Positions 59,501 through 64,000 of a stretch of DNA of 64,000 nt are shown here, piece by piece. Location: positions 186,001 through 250,000 of the forward strand of contig NMRA01000388.1 of assembly GCA_002633005.1 (NCBI GenBank), read 5' to 3'. Position 1 is the stretch's first letter; the number at the start of each line of letters is the position of its first letter. This DNA is from Phoronis australis (Eukaryota; Animalia; Phoronida). Under the pieces are notes generated by a model. That model had not been told where the DNA came from, did not search any database, and saw only the letters and a program-made list of their open reading frames with translations. Position numbers and translations under genes: made by a program.

Positions 59501-62500
59501 GAATTTTCAATTTGTCGGCACCGAACGCTCCAACACACGGCGAGTACGTGTCTACGCAGGAAATACCCTCGACAGAGGAAGGTCGGATGCCATCTACCTG
59601 GCCAGGGTTAAGGAAGGCAACTGTGAAACGTGGATCATAGTTTGCAGTAAACCCTTCTTGTCCCGTCTGGTAGAAAGCGACATTTTCAAGGCGAGCATAC
59701 CCTACGATGAAAAAACAAAAAACAGTGTTACAACATGAGAAGTCATGTTAATTCTAAAAGCTCAGAATATCAAATAGTCGTAAACTCAAGTTAATTTATA
59801 TAGCAGTTAACATCTAATGGCATCTCCAACTTTGGACAGTCTCTAGAACTTGGGACTTGGAAACTTCGGAATCCACAAAAACTGAACTTTCTTGAATCTG
59901 GAATTTGCGACAAGACCAATTTTGGCATTTACCATTCATGTCTCAAATTTTGGAAAATGTGTTTTTTAATCTACAGAGATGATAATTTTGCTGTCTTTCC
60001 AGTGATTCTAGAATTTAGGACGAACTCCAACCTTGAGCAAAATAATCAGTTTTTCGCTGTGACGCAAACTGGAGAATTTTTACCATGGCTGCTTTAAAGC
60101 TGAAAAAAATTAAATGTTTCATTTCATTATCTGACCTATGTAATTTGTGCTTGAGCCTCCATCCTCCAGGGACATGGAACTGACCAGTAGACGTGTACCG
60201 AAACCCTTGGTGTGTGTGGCATCACTCTGAATTTTGATGTTACGCGACAAAACAGACACCTCCGCAGCCATGTAATAGTCCTTCTCAAATTTGGCAGATG
60301 AGCCTGGATAAAACAAGATATCGCCTTATAAACACCATTCCATCACATCAACACAAAAAGAACACTTCCAGCCAAAGTGACCTTATCTCAAACTGTTACA
60401 ATGGTGTGTGTTTGAGATCAGCTACAAGACGAATATGAATGCACAAACTCTGACATTTTGCCAGACCTAGAGTGTCAAGAAACAGAATATTGTATGCTTA
60501 TCTCAAACCTTAATTAGTGACCTCCATTCTAACTCACATGTAAGAACCAGGCTAAGTCAAATGGTAAAAGTATATGTTTTTTGAAAGAAAAAAGATCAAA
60601 GATTGTAAAAATAGTGTTTTTATGTTCACGTGCTGTTATTTTAATTATCACTTTTTAAGTCAAAATTTCATTGTTAAGAAACTAAGGTACATTCATAGCA
60701 AAATAATCCTTTGGTAAATTTTTAAATTAATGAAAACCTAGTTCATCTTCATAGAAAACTTTTTCACAAAAATGGTGATCACATGAATTTTTCAAGATTT
60801 AGTGACATCGTGTACTCCTTGGAAATGGATTAGTTAAATTTTTAGGTTATTCAGGATTTAAAAATAAGTGTAATGCTTGAAAATGGATAGTTAGAAAGTT
60901 ATTTGATCAACTGAGAAAGGACTTCACGAAGTTTGACAATACTACACTTGTCTATTAATTATTCAAATTTTGATCCTTAGATATGAAGGTAGGCAGTAAC
61001 ATATCAACTAGTTAGCTAGCTAGTCGTTATTTAGCTTAGCATGAGCAACCAGTCTCACCAATATGTCTGTAAGTGACAGCTTCAGTCAGTGTCAGGGTCT
61101 TCTTGTCTTCAGATATAGATGCAATTGTCTTTTTCTCTGATTGGTCAGGGTTGAAGCTCGTGGCAGCAATTGCGATCTCGTCACCAACGGCCCATTCCAC
61201 CGGGTCTTTCAATGTGATGGTTTTGTCACCAGCGGAGATGGTGGATGCCAGATGACTGTATTGGGGAGTCTTGGGAACACCATACAAATCCAAACCACCA
61301 AAAACAGCTGCGAATATGAAAATCATCACAAGTTAACAATTTCTGTTCATCAACTGTACCAACAAAGTAAACTGCCAAGTGTTTTCAGATTGAACTGCAT
61401 TTCCCAGTGCCAAACTCAATGCTCTAAATGTTATTTGTTGGTGGATTTTCACTTGCAGGATAAGGTGCATATGCATTTGTTTTATATTATATTCTAAAAT
61501 ATAATGACATCATAAGATGAAGCAGGGTATATTCTCCACGATTCAAGATTTCACTTTGGATGAACAGAGTACAATACTGTCACTAAAGGGTTTTGGTTGA
61601 AATTCCTTCCTTCCCGCCAGCCCCAGCACCTAGTCTCACGTCTAACATTTTAAACTTGGACCCCAAATAAAAGAAATTTGAATATGAGTCAGTTAAACTC
61701 CGACCAGGAATAGTTTAGAGGTCATTGCATCAATTGGACTTTGACAGGTAAGTTAAGCAGTAGGCCAAAACTTCTTAAAAAATGGAAGGATAAAAAATTG
61801 AAGTTGTTTGCTATTTGGTAAATTGCCTTTCTATTGTCTGTCCATGTTGTTAAACTATATTATCTCCCATGAAGTTGGGTATTAACTGTAAGAATGGGAA
61901 GGTCACCAACTCTCCAATTGGTGCGTTTGGTAATGACTTAGGTAACTCAGCAAAAGGAGCGAGTGACTGTGAAACAGTTATTGGCATTTCCAAAGATTTT
62001 CTCAGATTTTGCACAAAGTCTATGAAACTTGGAATAGGGTCAAATTTTCATTTCAACTATTCCTTCGCCCTATAGTGACCTCTGTAGGCAAATATGTGAC
62101 CAGTGACTGTCATTATTCCAACAAAAAAGTTTGGTCAAGTTCAGGATATGCTACATAAAAGCTCAACACAGTCCAACAGTCCATTTCAGAGACTGCTGGT
62201 CAGGATGGAAACACACATGGCACACAGTACTGTTTGTCTGGGAATGATGTCACGGGTCAAGTCAAGGACAATAAATTGACCGAAAATGTATATGCTCCTG
62301 GCACCGTTATTAATTCTCACAAATTACCAGATGAGTACACTGTCCAACGTAATGAACTTTGAAGTCATAAATTTAAAGTAAAGCCATTTTAATTGGCGTC
62401 GCTCGTTTTTTTATGAAAAGAAAATCAACGAAGACGTATTGAAATTCTTTTACCTCGCATCTTGCATCCTAAGTTGGTGAGATTTTATTGTTTATTACTC

Positions 62501-63393
62501 ATAACAAAATTTAGTTGTAAATTATGATTGAATTTTGGCAGCCCGGTAGTACATCTCTAATAAAATGAACAATTTGGACACTTTTTTCAAAACTGAAGAA
62601 CGTTTAGCACGCACGATACAGTCTATCAATATTACAACCAGGCCTTTATCCAGGATTTCGAAAATAGGGTGTCTAAAATGGGGTTCCCAATATTCCNTTT
62701 TTACATCTAAGTTTACAAACCAGCCTTCTGTAGTGAGCATTTTTAATAAAAAATTGGTGTAGACCAAGACTTTTACAATGCTATCAACCAAGTGTGAGCA
62801 TAGCAACATTGTATATACTTTGTATATACATTGTATATTTCTTCCTGCTTTGAAAAAAGAGCCCCCACTGAGCCTTTAGAGGTTTCCTAGTAATCATTAT
62901 AATGTGTGTGTCCAAACTTGAAAGGTTCCAATTGACAGTGGGCGTCCAAATGATACATTGGGCCTCCTTGTCAGAGCTCCGTATTAGTGCTAGGGCATCC
63001 AAATGGACATACGCTGCATAAAGGCCTGATTATAACAAGGACTTAGTATATGTCACACCTTCAGTTCCAAATGTGAAAAGAAATCAAGTGCCAAGGTATC
63101 ATAACTTCATATCGTCGTCAGAAATCCAAGGACACTCACCTGGCAAAATGTAGGTCAGAGTGATATCAACGACACCCAAAAACATGAAGTCATTTGTATG
63201 TCACACCTGATACAGTTCAACTATTGATAGTCAGTAGTTAGTGAATGAACAGCAGATGCTCACCAATCAAGTTTGAGCCAAGAGGAGGTCCCCTGTAAGC
63301 TGGGTCACTCCGCTTTCGTCGGTTTGACTTGACTACGTTCAGAGTCTGCTCAAGTGGAGTGTCATAGTCCTGGCCATTGGTCGTTATGTCAAC
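44557..63393 (-). CDS. PKHD1L1: Fibrocystin-L (PKHD1-like 1)-like protein, C-terminal 1401 aa in 17 exons; 5' part lies beyond the window
   Basis: Exons (minus): 63393-63264, 61307-61059, 60303-60136, 59701-59468, 58970-58612, 58371-58119, 57637-57533, 56206-56047, 55375-55116, 54949-54698, 53102-52270, 51924-51544, 50048-49844, 48960-48778, 47939-47746, 46409-46298, 44684-44557. All GT-AG and phase-compatible, 4206 nt. Motifs VFGGLDLYG, W.VGDEIAIA.T, AEVSVLSRNIKI, GYARLENVAF.QTGQEG, NPSDCVDM.CDAKK, GDYRIPKTML, ESMDSDTETRRLSPVA, INGPQDHGWCAGYTCQKRIST. Single TM (LGAIIGGAVGGVVLLILVAVLIIWL) and a short tail. The last exon is the least certain. Confidence 0.92.
49973..50400. repeat. 115-bp tandem repeat (4 copies) spanning an exon 5' end and its splice acceptor
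   Basis: ACCCTATAAT recurs at 50046, 50161, 50276 and 50391. The first copy is the real exon. Confidence 0.95.
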
Positions 63394-64000
63394 CTGAAAT
63401 AATTGACTCATACTTGCATGATCGCGCCATCAAAAATGACGTTTCAATTCAACCAGATTGATTACAAAACATTGGTTTACTGTATTCAATTTTTATAATT
63501 CCCCTGCTTAGTGCTTTAAAGGAGAACTTGAGAGTAAATTGTAGGCCAGGGGTGGATGAAGACTACAGGAACATGATTGTCTTCTACATTGTAAATAGAA
63601 GTGAATCTTTAACCACTTTTCTTGTCATAACCCAGACTAAAATGTCTAGGTTCAGTGCCTACCATTCCCCCAAATGCACCATGTGACTCTCAATAACCAT
63701 TTTTGGTCTCTTTGGACTAGCGTAGTCTTAAGCTCATTACCACCGGCCGGTCCAGAAGGTCCAGCAACCGCAAGACCAATATTTTCCATAAAGTATGCCA
63801 AAAAGGTTATTTCGAGGCCTTTAGAATGTACCAAGAGAGAGACTTGACTTCTCAAAATTTTCTGGGGGAGAATTCTCAGACCCCTCATATCAAAAACTTG
63901 GTGGTGTAACCCATCACCATGAAAAACAGGTGTTTAAAACTATTATAAAAGATGCAATGTGCACTGTCTACTTTGAAACCATTTTGATCGTGTCACTGAT

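Overview
AT-rich, spliced eukaryotic DNA from a metazoan, probably a marine invertebrate (lineage inferred, not established), with a 318-nt N gap at 3780-4097. I reconstructed three host genes by hand. (1) The 5' end of a minus-strand gene at 1-331, absent from the ORF track, encodes a transmembrane helix followed by LVTSLQIERGLS, the start of a NIT (nitrate/nitrite-sensing) domain, so it is probably an NIT-domain receptor guanylate cyclase. (2) A complete 6-coding-exon GT7 beta-1,4-Gal/GalNAc transferase (bre-4-like, 359 aa) lies on the plus strand at 10360-40103. (3) The last 17 exons (1401 aa) of a fibrocystin-L/PKHD1L1-like gene lie on the minus strand at 44557-63393. The 21-kb intron 4 of the glycosyltransferase is a transposon nest. 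It holds an internally deleted CsRn1-clade Ty3/Gypsy element (CHCC gag, tRNA-Trp PBS, GGGAAAC slippery site with a candidate pseudoknot). It also holds a decayed Academ (XPG-type) transposon split at a TTAA by a 4.76-kb Kolobok element (THAP gene facing a KolX/P2X7-ballast-like gene), which itself contains a SINE and two MITEs. Several MITE families, a 15-bp minisatellite and a 115-bp tandem amplification of a splice acceptor are also present. No database searches were run. Family calls rest on motif recognition.
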